This document shows positions 19,873-29,418 of a stretch of 64,000 bases of DNA, piece after piece. This stretch comes from an uncultured Bdellovibrionales bacterium. GTDB taxonomy: Bacteria > Patescibacteriota > Minisyncoccia > Moranbacterales > UBA1568. The stretch's first letter is position 1. Each line of letters opens with the position of its first letter. The DNA is taken from the NCBI GenBank assembly GCA_964580285.1, contig CAZOKB010000001.1:73366-137365 (forward strand), in the 5' to 3' direction. The notes beneath the pieces are model-generated. The model did no database searches. It had not been told where the DNA came from and saw nothing but the letters and a program-made list of their open reading frames with translations. Both the position numbers and the translations under genes were made by a program.

Positions 19873-19946
19873 TGCTGGGGAGGAAGGGATCGAACCTTCG
19901 TATGGAGGCTTCAAAGGCCCCTGCCTTACCACTTGGCTACTCCCCA
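19873..19946 (-). tRNA. tRNA-Gln (anticodon UUG)
   Basis: Reverse complement folds as a cloverleaf: acceptor TGGGGAG/CTCCCCA, anticodon loop CUUUGAA, T-arm GAAGG-TTCGATC-CCTTC. Confidence 0.8.
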
Positions 19947-20016
19947 AATCAGAGAACAGGCATCAATAAACAATCAACATGAAATACCAACTGCCTTACC
20001 TGTTTTTTATTAGTGG

Positions 20017-21651
20017 TTAATTGTTTTCTGTTATCACTCGGCCGCCGAGCATTTTGATAGCTTGGGATACTAGAGAAGGATCGGATTGTGTCGCGACGGA
20101 ATGACGCTCGGAAGAGCTTTCGAGGATAACTTTGAACTGCGGCTCGAACGAAAGAATCCTACCAAAGGCTTGCGCCAGCGTCAATCGGCTCTGCGGATCA
20201 TCGAGACGTTCTTTGTGGAAATTGTGCCGAGTACGCAGAATAAGGGTGTTTCCGTGAACTTCTACTGGTTTGGCTTGGACCAGCGCGAGCGCGAGCGAAG
20301 CATTGAGAATTTTCGTTTGTTCAAGAATGCTGGCCCAGGCAAGGACGATCTCATCGAGGGAGAAGGTAGTAGGCTCATGCGTCTCTGGCGTGCGCTCTGC
20401 GGCGGGTGCTGATGCAGCTGGTTCTGTCGAGACAACAGATTCTTCTGTAATCGGTACCACGGGTGTTGGTGTGGGAGCGGCTTTGGGCGGGAAAGACGAG
20501 GAGGGAGTAATGCGGGGAGTCGCGCTTGATTTTGGCGGTTGCGGGGGGATTGCGGATACCTCGACTGGGTCGAGCGTTTTGACGATAGCAATCTCAAGGG
20601 AGAGTTCCGGGGTTGAGCTGTTGCGGGCATCGCGTTTGGCAGTCTGAAAGAGCTCAAGCATGCGGACGATATCGCGAGGAGCGAAACGCTTCCCAAGATC
20701 AGATAATGCTTGGCGTTCGGTCTCAGCGAGTTCTTCGAAAAGCGAGGTAGCTTCTTTTGGGGCGGCGCTCATGAGGAGTACGCGACGAAGAAAATCAAGG
20801 AATGAACCAGTAAATATGGAAAGATCGCGCCCTTCTTCTGAAAGAGTAGTGATCATTCGGAGCGCGGCAAACAGGTCTTTATCAGCCAGGTGAGTGGCGA
20901 GAGTAATCAGGCTCTCAGTCTGTGAAGAACCGAAGAGTACAGCGACCGTTTCATCGCTGATAGCGCCATCGGCGAGGCTGGCTACTTGAGTGAGGAGGGA
21001 TTCGGCATCACGCATGCCGCCTTCGGCGATTTCAGCAATGGTACGGAGAGCACTCGGGCTCGCCTTGATATGTTCGGCCTTGGCGATGCGAGCGAGTTTT
21101 TCTTCAATGCTTTTGACTGGAAAACGTGAGAGATCAAAGCGTTGGCAGCGCGAAAGGATGGTTTCTGGAACTTTGTGAATTTCCGTTGTGGCAAGAATGA
21201 AAATGACGTGCGCTGGTGGCTCCTCGAGGGTTTTGAGGAGGGCATTAAAGGCACCGGTTGAGAGCATGTGTACTTCGTCGATGATGTAGATCTTATGGGA
21301 ACCGGTAGTCGGGAGGAGCTTTACGGTATCTCGGAGATCACGGATATTATCAACGCCCGTATGCGAAGCCGCATCGATTTCAATGACATCGAGCGAACGT
21401 CCTTCTTGCATGAGGCGGCAGTGTTCACAGGTATCACAGGGTTCAGCGCCTTTTCTCGAGCTACAGTTTACGGCCTTCGCAAAAAGACGAGCGAGAGTGG
21501 TTTTTCCGGTACCACGCGGCCCGGTAAAGAGGTAGGCTTGGCCAACACGCCCAAGTTTCAGGGCGTTTTCCAGGGTACGGACGAGCGGTTGTTGGCCGAT
21601 CACATCCGAGAAATGCTGGGGTCGGTACTTGCGATAGAGGGTAGTAGACAT
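20017..21651 (-). CDS. dnaX: DNA polymerase III subunit gamma/tau
   Basis: YRKYRPQHF, Walker A GPRGTGKTT, zinc module CDTCEHC, and a Pro/Ala-rich tau-like linker. Confidence 0.85.
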   Translation of the reverse strand: MSTTLYRKYRPQHFSDVIGQQPLVRTLENALKLGRVGQAYLFTGPRGTGKTTLARLFAKAVNCSSRKGAEPCDTCEHCRLMQEGRSLDVIEIDAASHTGVDNIRDLRDTVKLLPTTGSHKIYIIDEVHMLSTGAFNALLKTLEEPPAHVIFILATTEIHKVPETILSRCQRFDLSRFPVKSIEEKLARIAKAEHIKASPSALRTIAEIAEGGMRDAESLLTQVASLADGAISDETVAVLFGSSQTESLITLATHLADKDLFAALRMITTLSEEGRDLSIFTGSFLDFLRRVLLMSAAPKEATSLFEELAETERQALSDLGKRFAPRDIVRMLELFQTAKRDARNSSTPELSLEIAIVKTLDPVEVSAIPPQPPKSSATPRITPSSSFPPKAAPTPTPVVPITEESVVSTEPAASAPAAERTPETHEPTTFSLDEIVLAWASILEQTKILNASLALALVQAKPVEVHGNTLILRTRHNFHKERLDDPQSRLTLAQAFGRILSFEPQFKVILESSSERHSVATQSDPSLVSQAIKMLGGRVITENN

Positions 21652-21719
21652 AACGAGAGCTAACAAGCTTTGAGTTACTGAGTTTTTGAGGAAAAGTAAG
21701 TAAATGTATCAGGTTTCAA

Positions 21720-22265
21720 TCAACAACCCTGTGCCAAGAGCACAGGGTATGAACTAGAGGAGTCGCAATTGGACTGCCTCAGGTTCCACACCCTGATTTC
21801 TGACATACTTTTCAACCGCTTGCCAGCTTCCTCTTTCTCCAACGGTAGCTACATAGTAACCGTCTGACCAAAACTCTCCACCCCAGAGGTTTTTCTTGAT
21901 GTAGGGATGTTGTTTGAAGAGTTCTCTGGCCGTATTGCTTTTGTACAGACGTACAAATTGTCCGATACTGTACTTTGGATGAAAACTACACAGGAGATGG
22001 ATATGATCTTGGTCGCAACCAAGTTGTTCCATTTCGAACTCGTAGCAATCTTCCAGTGTTTTGGTCAGGTGCTTGAGCGTTGTCACTACCGGTTCGTCGA
22101 GGAGGGCTTTGCGATACTTGACGGGAAAGACGATGTGATAGTGAGTTTGATAGGCACAGTGCCAGCCTTTTTTGAGAGTTTCCATTGCGACTCTAGTCTA
22201 CCTTGAAAACCAACGGTTTTCAAACTTTCCTCATTTGTTCCTGCGGCAAGACCGCAGGGAAAAGG
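21720..22265 (-). mobile_element. IS200/IS605-family insertion sequence (tnpA only, no tnpB) with subterminal hairpins
   Basis: Perfect hairpin CCCTGTGC-caaga-GCACAGGG at 21728-21747 and CCTGCGG-caaga-CCGCAGG at 22240-22258 flank the tnpA ORF. Confidence 0.5.
21754..22185 (-). CDS. tnpA: IS200/IS605 family transposase TnpA (HUH Y1)
   Basis: Near-canonical HYHIVFPVKYRK...HIHLL...SNTARELF HUH-Y1 motifs, 143 aa. Confidence 0.85.
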   Translation of the reverse strand: METLKKGWHCAYQTHYHIVFPVKYRKALLDEPVVTTLKHLTKTLEDCYEFEMEQLGCDQDHIHLLCSFHPKYSIGQFVRLYKSNTARELFKQHPYIKKNLWGGEFWSDGYYVATVGERGSWQAVEKYVRNQGVEPEAVQLRLL

Positions 22266-22300
22266 CTACGCTATTGTACCTGTTTTTGGGGAAGAAAAAA

Positions 22301-22319
22301 AGCCTCCTGTAAGGAGGCT
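22301..22319 (-). terminator. bidirectional hairpin terminator (AGCCTCCT gtaa GGAGGCT) flanked by A/T runs
   Basis: Perfect 8-bp palindrome with A-runs on both sides, immediately downstream of the GtrA-like gene. Confidence 0.55.
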
Positions 22320-22336
22320 GAAAAAAAATCCTTCCC

Positions 22337-22948
22337 TTAATTTTCTTTCTTCTTGAAGACAAAGAATTTGTAGCCAACAAAGTTCCAGGTGAGTACCAGT
22401 ATGGTAGCCATGAGGGCGCCAACATTCGCCCAGGCCTTGTCTGAGAAGCCAGCAGGTGCCGAAAGCACATTGACGACGAAGCTGGTAATACCCACATTCA
22501 TAAGGAGGCCGACGAGGCTAACGGCGAGGAAGTGAGTGAATTCTTCGCCGACATTGTCGTTATCTTTTTTGGCAAAAGACCAGTATTTGTTCCACACAAA
22601 GCTGTTGACGATAGCTGCCAGAACAGAGAAGCTTTTGAAAACACTCACCATGTAGCCATCGGAAACATGGCTGAAATAGATGAAGAGATTGAACAGACCG
22701 AGATCGATAACGGTATTGGTGACTCCGATGAGTCCGAATTTGGCTAACTCAAAGAAGAAAGGTTTAAGGCGCGAGAGAAAATAGCCTACAGCGACACCAA
22801 TGGCGGAGAAGAGGGAGAGTAGAAAAACGAATATGATCTCTGAAACGGGGAGTTTAACGGAAAGATTAGCAAAGATGAATGGTGCGAGGATGCCGATAAA
22901 AGCGCCGTTGATGGCGGCGAAAAGAAGATCGCGATAAGAAAGTTTCAT
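22337..22948 (-). CDS. GtrA-family polysaccharide-synthesis membrane protein
   Basis: GLIGVTNTVIDLGLFNLFIY GtrA motif, polytopic. Confidence 0.55.
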   Translation of the reverse strand: MKLSYRDLLFAAINGAFIGILAPFIFANLSVKLPVSEIIFVFLLSLFSAIGVAVGYFLSRLKPFFFELAKFGLIGVTNTVIDLGLFNLFIYFSHVSDGYMVSVFKSFSVLAAIVNSFVWNKYWSFAKKDNDNVGEEFTHFLAVSLVGLLMNVGITSFVVNVLSAPAGFSDKAWANVGALMATILVLTWNFVGYKFFVFKKKEN

Positions 22949-22999
22949 GATGCTGCAATTACAATTTAGAAGAGAATTCTCTCCATTTAAGAGAAGTAC

Positions 23000-23785
23000 T
23001 TATTCAAGAGAGGTAGGTGAAGTCGGACGTTCGGAACGGATTTCTTTTTCGATTTCTTCCATATCGCGTACCCAGCTATCGAGGAGAGAAGGATCGCTTA
23101 CCGGGGTTTCGGCTTTTGGTGCTGCAGGAGCCGGAGCGATATCTTTCAAATCGTCTTTCCAGGCATTCATAGTTTCGTTGGCCTCGGTCGCTTTTTGAAA
23201 ATCATTCTGCCAATCTTTGTGAGCACCGCGTTCGATAACGTTTTCGATGGCTGACCAGTTGCTTTCAATGTCACGCGGGAGAACAATAGCGATTTCGTCT
23301 CCAGGAAGGGCTTTGAAATAAGTGACAGAGGCGAGGAGGACTCGGTAGGGCTTGCCATTAGCCAGGACGTAGTAATTACCGTTTTCATCCTGAGTCATGA
23401 CGCCAAGAGCATGTCGGCGCTCAACTGGACCGATTTGTTTGTAAATAAACATGCCATCATGGGTGATGGTGAGCTTGAGCATGTCGCCTTCCACTAACTT
23501 GGATTTGGAAGCGTAATTGGCAGGAACAGGGTATTGTTTGCCATCGGTACCAGTCATGATTTGACCATCAAAGGTGCCTTCAATGACGGTGCCGTCAGCT
23601 TCATTTTCCACTTTACGAGGCCGGCCAGCTTTCTTTTTGCCTTCGAGCTGAAGCAGCATGGCCTTGGCACTCTGGATAGTTTTTTCAGCGCTTTGCACCA
23701 TATCACGCAGCGCCTGAATCTTTTGAGTGCGCTCGGTTTCTGGAAGGCCTTCAAGTTCGGGAATGTCTGATGAATACTGCGTCAT
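23000..23785 (-). CDS. hypothetical protein
   Basis: 261-aa ORF with coherent codon usage and no recognisable motif. Confidence 0.4.
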   Translation of the reverse strand: MTQYSSDIPELEGLPETERTQKIQALRDMVQSAEKTIQSAKAMLLQLEGKKKAGRPRKVENEADGTVIEGTFDGQIMTGTDGKQYPVPANYASKSKLVEGDMLKLTITHDGMFIYKQIGPVERRHALGVMTQDENGNYYVLANGKPYRVLLASVTYFKALPGDEIAIVLPRDIESNWSAIENVIERGAHKDWQNDFQKATEANETMNAWKDDLKDIAPAPAAPKAETPVSDPSLLDSWVRDMEEIEKEIRSERPTSPTSLE

Positions 23786-24007
23786 AGTTTTTTTGTTTTT
23801 CCCGATGCGTAAGAACGTTCTCGGTACTGAGCTTTCTTTTTATTTTCATTGACATCATTATAATGATTTTCTCTAAAGCATGCAAATAGGAAGAGAAAAA
23901 GTTATTTTTTTATCGTATAAAAAGAAAGTTGCGGGCTTTGTATGATGGAAGAATAGGCTGACAGAAGACGGGGTGTTCCGTCAACCCTTGACATTTTTTA
24001 TGATTGT

Positions 24008-25138
24008 GTGTTAATGTTTCATGACAATATTGAGATTAAGAAAAGGCTTTTTACTGACTACTCATTGACGGAAAACACTATGGCATCAAAAAACACTAGC
24101 GTGGACAAAAAAACATTTTCTTATAAAGCAGCACTGGAGCTTCTTTTGGAGCGTCTGCCGGTGCGTTCACGCGAGATAGTAAAACTCCGCTTTGGTGTGA
24201 AGGACGGTAAGGTGCGGACATTGGAAGAAATTGGAAAGCAGTATGGCATTACGCGTGAGCGAGTACGCCAGGTTGTGGGGAGTGCTCTTACTCTGATTGC
24301 ATCACATAAGGAGTATCCGGAAGTCATCGAAATCACAGAACATATTCAGGCGGCTTTGGAAGAACGGAGCGGAGTCATGAAAGCGGATCATTTGATTGAA
24401 AAGCTTGCAGGTAAAGACGCCTCTGAACAAGGGGCTCTTTCGGTATTCTTAGAAAGTTTGCCTGCCTGTGGTACCGAGAAAGAAGATGAGAGTCGTGAGG
24501 AAGTATGTTTCCTGAACGGGTTTCTTTTTTCTGAGTGGAAAGAAATTCATGATGCTGTAGTGGCTATTCTCACGGCTTCCAAAGAAGCACTCTCGCTCGA
24601 AGAGTTGTATGGGCGCTTTGCGAAACAGGTGGAAGGTTTTTCTAAGGATCGTCTCCTGCATTTTTTGCTTATTTCGAAGTGTGTACAACAGAACGTCTTT
24701 GGGAAATGGGGTCTTTCTGAATGGAGTGAAATCAAACCTCGAGGGATGCGTGAAAAGGCACACTTAGTGCTCAAGACTTCGGCCCGGCCGCTGCACTTTC
24801 GTGACATTGCCAAGCTGATTGATGAATATGGTCTGCATGGAGCTAAGAAGAAAAAGAGTCATCCACAAACCGTACATAACGAACTCATCAAAGACCAGCG
24901 TTTTGTTTTAGTCGGTCGTGGAATCTATGCTCTTTCTGATTGGGGGTATACAAAAGGCACGGTGAAGGATGTGATTACGGATATTCTGCGAGAAGCTAAA
25001 GGACCGCTTTCGCGTGAAGAAATTCTCGAACGCGTACTCAAGATTCGTCAGGTGAAAAAATCAACGATTGTAATCAATTTGAATACGTATTTTGGTCGAG
25101 TAGGGAGGAATGCTTATACCCTCAAGGACAAAAAGTAG
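24008..25138 (+). CDS. sigma-70 region-4 (HTH) domain protein with a C-terminal extension
   Basis: SREIVKLRFGVKDGKVRTLEEIGKQYGITRERVRQV matches sigma70 region 4.2. The likely true start is the ATG at about 24080. Confidence 0.55.
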   Translation: MLMFHDNIEIKKRLFTDYSLTENTMASKNTSVDKKTFSYKAALELLLERLPVRSREIVKLRFGVKDGKVRTLEEIGKQYGITRERVRQVVGSALTLIASHKEYPEVIEITEHIQAALEERSGVMKADHLIEKLAGKDASEQGALSVFLESLPACGTEKEDESREEVCFLNGFLFSEWKEIHDAVVAILTASKEALSLEELYGRFAKQVEGFSKDRLLHFLLISKCVQQNVFGKWGLSEWSEIKPRGMREKAHLVLKTSARPLHFRDIAKLIDEYGLHGAKKKKSHPQTVHNELIKDQRFVLVGRGIYALSDWGYTKGTVKDVITDILREAKGPLSREEILERVLKIRQVKKSTIVINLNTYFGRVGRNAYTLKDKK

Positions 25139-25268
25139 ACTTTCAGGTACAATGGTATCAGGAGGGTATAGAAGTATATCCTTACCCCATACAGGGGTCA
25201 GTAGGAGTCATCTTTTTCTGGTGGCTCGATATTCAATGGTTCTCCTTTGACATACAGAAACCTCGAAC

Positions 25269-26564
25269 ATGGATCTTCTCGTTTCCAGCTTGCTCAACGC
25301 AGTAAGCGGCATGGGGCAAGGCTTCGCTGCTTTTCTTGACGTGTGGTTTATTGTACTCCCGCCTTTGCTGTATGGGATTTTTTTGCTTCTCTGGATGCAG
25401 TACGTGTGGGGAAAATGGGCTTCAAATGTGAAGTGGATACTGCTCGAGATTATCCCGCCGCGCGATATCGAGAAGAGTCCGCAACCTATGGAATCCATCT
25501 TTGCGGGTTTGGCGGGTGTCATCACTTCTCCCACAGCGATCGAGGAGTATATCAAGGGATTTATTCCTGTGTCGTTTAGTCTGGAATTAGTGAGTACTGA
25601 GGGAACCGTGCATTTCTATATCCGTACGCAGGCACAGTTCCGTAATCTCGTCGAAGCGCATTTTTACGCCCAGTATCCGGATGTGGAGATTATCGAAGTG
25701 CCGGATTATGTACGGGCGATACCGAAGACTATTCCTAATAAGGACTGGGACCTGTGGGGAACGGATTTCGAAGTGACAAAAGATGATCTCTATCCGATTC
25801 GCACCTACAAATATTTTGAGGAATCCGTGACCGGAAAGATGATTGATCCGGTGTCTGGCTTGATCGAGACAATGGGTAAGCTCGGACCGGGACAGCATCT
25901 CTGGTTACAGTTCATCACCACCCCATTGGGCGAAAAAGCTACCCGCGAAGCGCTCCAGAAAACCGTGGATAAATTTCTCGGCAAAGAGAAGCCCGAAGAG
26001 ATCGGAGTCTTTCGGATGTTCTTTATGGATATGTGGGATGTGATCCGTAATCTTCCAGCGGGCGTCTTGGCGAACGAACCGGAGTTTTTTTCCTACAAGC
26101 AAGAGAAGAAGGACGAGCAGCCGGTTGAGTTTCGTCTGACACCGGGTGAAAAAGATGTTTTGAAAGCGCTGCAGGCGAATCTTGGCAAACAGCAGTACAA
26201 GGTGCGTATGCGTATGGTGTATCTCGGCCGGCGTGATGGATTTTCCAAAACGGTCGTCTCATCCTTCATCGGAGGCATCAAGCAGTTTTCGGACCAGAAT
26301 ATGAACGGTTTCAAACCCAATGATGATTCCAAGACCTACGCGAACTATGTTATGACCCAGGAACGATTGCGGTTTCGACAACGGCGTCTCTTCCAGCGCT
26401 ATATCAGTCGGGATAGCACTCCTCAGGAAACCCGTTTTATTTTAAGCTCGGAAGAAATGGCAACGGTATTCCATCTGCCGGATATGTCGGTAGTGGCCCC
26501 AACCATGATGCGGGTTTCGGCTAAGCGCGGGAACGCACCTGCCAATTTGCCTATACAAGAATAG
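25269..26564 (+). CDS. membrane protein partnered with the downstream T4CP-like ATPase
   Basis: N-terminal TM helices. Stop is 7 nt before the ATPase gene start. Confidence 0.45.
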   Translation: MDLLVSSLLNAVSGMGQGFAAFLDVWFIVLPPLLYGIFLLLWMQYVWGKWASNVKWILLEIIPPRDIEKSPQPMESIFAGLAGVITSPTAIEEYIKGFIPVSFSLELVSTEGTVHFYIRTQAQFRNLVEAHFYAQYPDVEIIEVPDYVRAIPKTIPNKDWDLWGTDFEVTKDDLYPIRTYKYFEESVTGKMIDPVSGLIETMGKLGPGQHLWLQFITTPLGEKATREALQKTVDKFLGKEKPEEIGVFRMFFMDMWDVIRNLPAGVLANEPEFFSYKQEKKDEQPVEFRLTPGEKDVLKALQANLGKQQYKVRMRMVYLGRRDGFSKTVVSSFIGGIKQFSDQNMNGFKPNDDSKTYANYVMTQERLRFRQRRLFQRYISRDSTPQETRFILSSEEMATVFHLPDMSVVAPTMMRVSAKRGNAPANLPIQE

Positions 26565-26570
26565 AACCCT

Positions 26571-28811
26571 ATGAGCATGCAAGATGACATTGCTTTTTTC
26601 GCCAAAACGAACTTCCGTAATCAGGAGCGGGTGTTTGGTATCAAGATGGACGACCGTCGCCGACACATGTATGTGATCGGGAAGACGGGTATGGGGAAAA
26701 CCAATCTCCTTGAGAACCTGGTGATTCAGGATATCCAAAAAGGCCACGGCGTGGCGTTTGTCGACCCGCATGGTGATACGGCCGAGAAACTGATCAAGGC
26801 TATCCCAGCCAATCGGATCAACGATGTGATCTATTTCAACCCGTCTGATCAGGATTTCCCGATCGCTTTTAACGTGATGGAAAAAGTAGGTCCGGAATAT
26901 CGGCACCTGGTGGCTTCCGGTTTGGTGGGTGTATTCAAAAAAATCTGGGCAGATTCGTGGGGACCTCGGCTTGAATATATTTTACGGAACGCTATTTTGG
27001 CGCTTCTCGAATACCCGGGGGCTACCCTCTTAGGGGTAACGCGTATTTTGGTAGACAAGGGCTATCGGGAACGAGTGGTAGAAAAGGTAACAGATCCGGT
27101 CGTGAAGAGTTTCTGGGTGGATGAGTTTTCCAAATGGAATGACCGTGTTCTTCAAGAGGTTATCTCGCCGATCCAGAACAAAGTTGGGCAGTTTCTTTCG
27201 AGCTCGCTCATCCGGAATATTGTAGGCCAGACCACATCCTCGTTCGATGTGCGTGCGGCTATGGATAGCCGGAAGATTCTCATTATGAACCTTTCAAAGG
27301 GGCGTATTGGAGAAGATAACAGCGCGCTCCTCGGGGCCATGATGATTACCAAGATCCAGCTCGCGGCTATGGGCCGGGTGGATATGCCAGAAGAAGATCG
27401 GGCAGATTTCTATCTCTATGTCGATGAGTTCCAGAATTTCGCTACGGAATCATTCGCGAATATTCTTTCTGAGGCGAGAAAGTATCACCTCAATCTCGTC
27501 TTGGCCAATCAGTACGTGACGCAGATTGATGAGAAAGTACGGGATGCTATTTTCGGTAATGCAGGCAGCATCATCGCGTTTCGGGTTGGGGCGACCGATG
27601 CGGAATTTCTTGAAAAAGAATTTGATCCTGTTTTTCTCATGAATGACATTGTTAATCTCCCTAAGTACCATATTTACCTCAAACTCATGATTGATGGTAT
27701 TGCGGGGGATGCTTTTAGTGCTGTTTCTCTTCCGCCGATCCGATTGGATCAGACTGAGGAAAACGCCGAAAAAGTCATTCGAATTTCTCGAGAACGGTAC
27801 GCTGCCAACAAAGGGGAAGTGGAAGATAAAATCCGTCGCTGGAGCGGCTTGTTAACGGAAGAGGAAAAAGCGGCGCTCTATAGTGGTGGTGCAGCAGAAC
27901 GACGTTCATTGGAACGACCAGCGCCCAGGGCGGTTCCTCGTCCGGCGGCTACTGTGCCGAAAAAATCAACCGTGATAAGTAGTCGGCCAGCGGCACGGCC
28001 AGTAACACCAGTGGCTGCTCCGCCGCGCCCAGTGACGCCGGTTCCAAAACCGATACCGCAAGCGGTGGTGCCCCAGAAACCCGCAAGGGAACCGGAAGTG
28101 TCGGTAGCCAAGGTTCAAGCGTCTGTACCGGTGCAGGCCGAGACACCCGTGGTTGCCTCGAACCCACTGATAGGTACTGAAGGAGTGAAAAAGGATGCCC
28201 CAACACCTGTTTTTGACCCACGGAAGTTTCAACCGAACCTCATCCGCTGGTCGGGTCATGAAGAGACGGCTAAGAAAAAAGAGGAAGCGCTGCAACAAGA
28301 AGAGCTAACCAATACACCGCCAGTTGAGGAGACAGTGGCGTCCAGCGTTACTCACGAGCCGGTACCGGTTATTGAAATACCAGAGTCAGAAGAAGTATCT
28401 TTGGCAGCAGCAGCGTCGGAGGCAGAGCGTGATGAAGTGCCTGAGAAGGTGTTGTATCCAGCAGCGTGCGCCACGTGCGGTATCGATATCGAGGTTCCGT
28501 TTGAGCCTGTACCGGGGCGCCCCACTTTCTGTAAAGACTGTCTGAAAGATTATCAGCGAGCGACGGCGAAGGCTCGTCGAGAAATGGAATCAAAACAGCA
28601 TCCAATGACTACGACTGCCTCTCTGACACGTTCGTGTACTCCGTCACAACGGCATATGCAGCCACAACGACATATACCGACAGAAGCACCAATGTCGCTC
28701 GCACAGATGCAGCATATCCAGCCGAAAAAATTCAAAACAATCCGTAAAAAACCGGATATTGATTTAGGGGATGTACGTTCGATGATTCAGGCTGTCAGAA
28801 AGGCTCAGTAG
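26571..28811 (+). CDS. TraD/VirD4/HerA-like (type IV coupling protein-like) P-loop ATPase with a Pro/Ala/Val-rich tail and C-terminal C4 zinc ribbon
   Basis: Walker A GKTGMGKTN. T4CP-like LYVDEFQNF...LVLANQY block. Tail repeats of PAARPVTPV. CATCG...CKDC near the C-terminus. Confidence 0.65.
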   Translation: MSMQDDIAFFAKTNFRNQERVFGIKMDDRRRHMYVIGKTGMGKTNLLENLVIQDIQKGHGVAFVDPHGDTAEKLIKAIPANRINDVIYFNPSDQDFPIAFNVMEKVGPEYRHLVASGLVGVFKKIWADSWGPRLEYILRNAILALLEYPGATLLGVTRILVDKGYRERVVEKVTDPVVKSFWVDEFSKWNDRVLQEVISPIQNKVGQFLSSSLIRNIVGQTTSSFDVRAAMDSRKILIMNLSKGRIGEDNSALLGAMMITKIQLAAMGRVDMPEEDRADFYLYVDEFQNFATESFANILSEARKYHLNLVLANQYVTQIDEKVRDAIFGNAGSIIAFRVGATDAEFLEKEFDPVFLMNDIVNLPKYHIYLKLMIDGIAGDAFSAVSLPPIRLDQTEENAEKVIRISRERYAANKGEVEDKIRRWSGLLTEEEKAALYSGGAAERRSLERPAPRAVPRPAATVPKKSTVISSRPAARPVTPVAAPPRPVTPVPKPIPQAVVPQKPAREPEVSVAKVQASVPVQAETPVVASNPLIGTEGVKKDAPTPVFDPRKFQPNLIRWSGHEETAKKKEEALQQEELTNTPPVEETVASSVTHEPVPVIEIPESEEVSLAAAASEAERDEVPEKVLYPAACATCGIDIEVPFEPVPGRPTFCKDCLKDYQRATAKARREMESKQHPMTTTASLTRSCTPSQRHMQPQRHIPTEAPMSLAQMQHIQPKKFKTIRKKPDIDLGDVRSMIQAVRKAQ

Positions 28812-29019
28812 CGGAAGATGGATACAGGAACCAGTGAAACGCTTTGCCCGGCAGAGCGTTTTTTGGTATCCTATAAGGGTAACCGGACTGAAAAGAAGAG
28901 AGATATGAGCTTTCGTAAATGGCATCGCCGGGCCTATATATTTTGGGTGATCGCGTCTGGATTGGTAGCGCTTTCTATGATTGCTTTTTTGTTGGCGCCG
29001 CTCCTCTATTCGTAGGCAT

Positions 29020-29418
29020 ATGCAGAAGGAGAAATTGTTCTTTCGAATAGTACTCCTGGGAGCCTTGTTTCTGGTGATCTGGGTAGGGTTCGCTTCCTAT
29101 CGTTCGCTCAAGCGTACGTGGGCTATTGATCAGGAGATTGAAAAACTGGAAAACGAAGCGCAGCAGATTGAACGAGAGAACGCGACGTTACGAGAAAAGA
29201 TAACCTATTTTTCTTCAGCGAATTTCCAGGAGCGTGAAGCGAAGGAGAAGCTCGGATTGAAGAAGACTGGTGAACAGGTTGTGATTATCAAAGCCTTGCC
29301 GGAAACCGATGATGCACACGCTTTGATTCCGACTATCGATACGGGCCGCACTGCCGAGTTTCGTTCTCCCAACTATTACAAATGGTGGAAACTCTTTTTT
29401 AGTCGCACTACCTTATGA
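29020..29418 (+). CDS. FtsB/DivIC-like septum formation initiator
   Basis: Single TM then coiled coil (IEKLENEAQQIERENATLREKI) then the conserved KEKLGLKKTGEQVVII tail. Confidence 0.6.
   Translation: MQKEKLFFRIVLLGALFLVIWVGFASYRSLKRTWAIDQEIEKLENEAQQIERENATLREKITYFSSANFQEREAKEKLGLKKTGEQVVIIKALPETDDAHALIPTIDTGRTAEFRSPNYYKWWKLFFSRTTL

Noticed and set aside
20262-20696. Antisense ORFs within dnaX (20262-20696-, 20270-20647+, 20086-20412+)
   Set aside because: They overlap the tau linker region. The Pro/Ala-rich coding of dnaX generates long open frames on both strands
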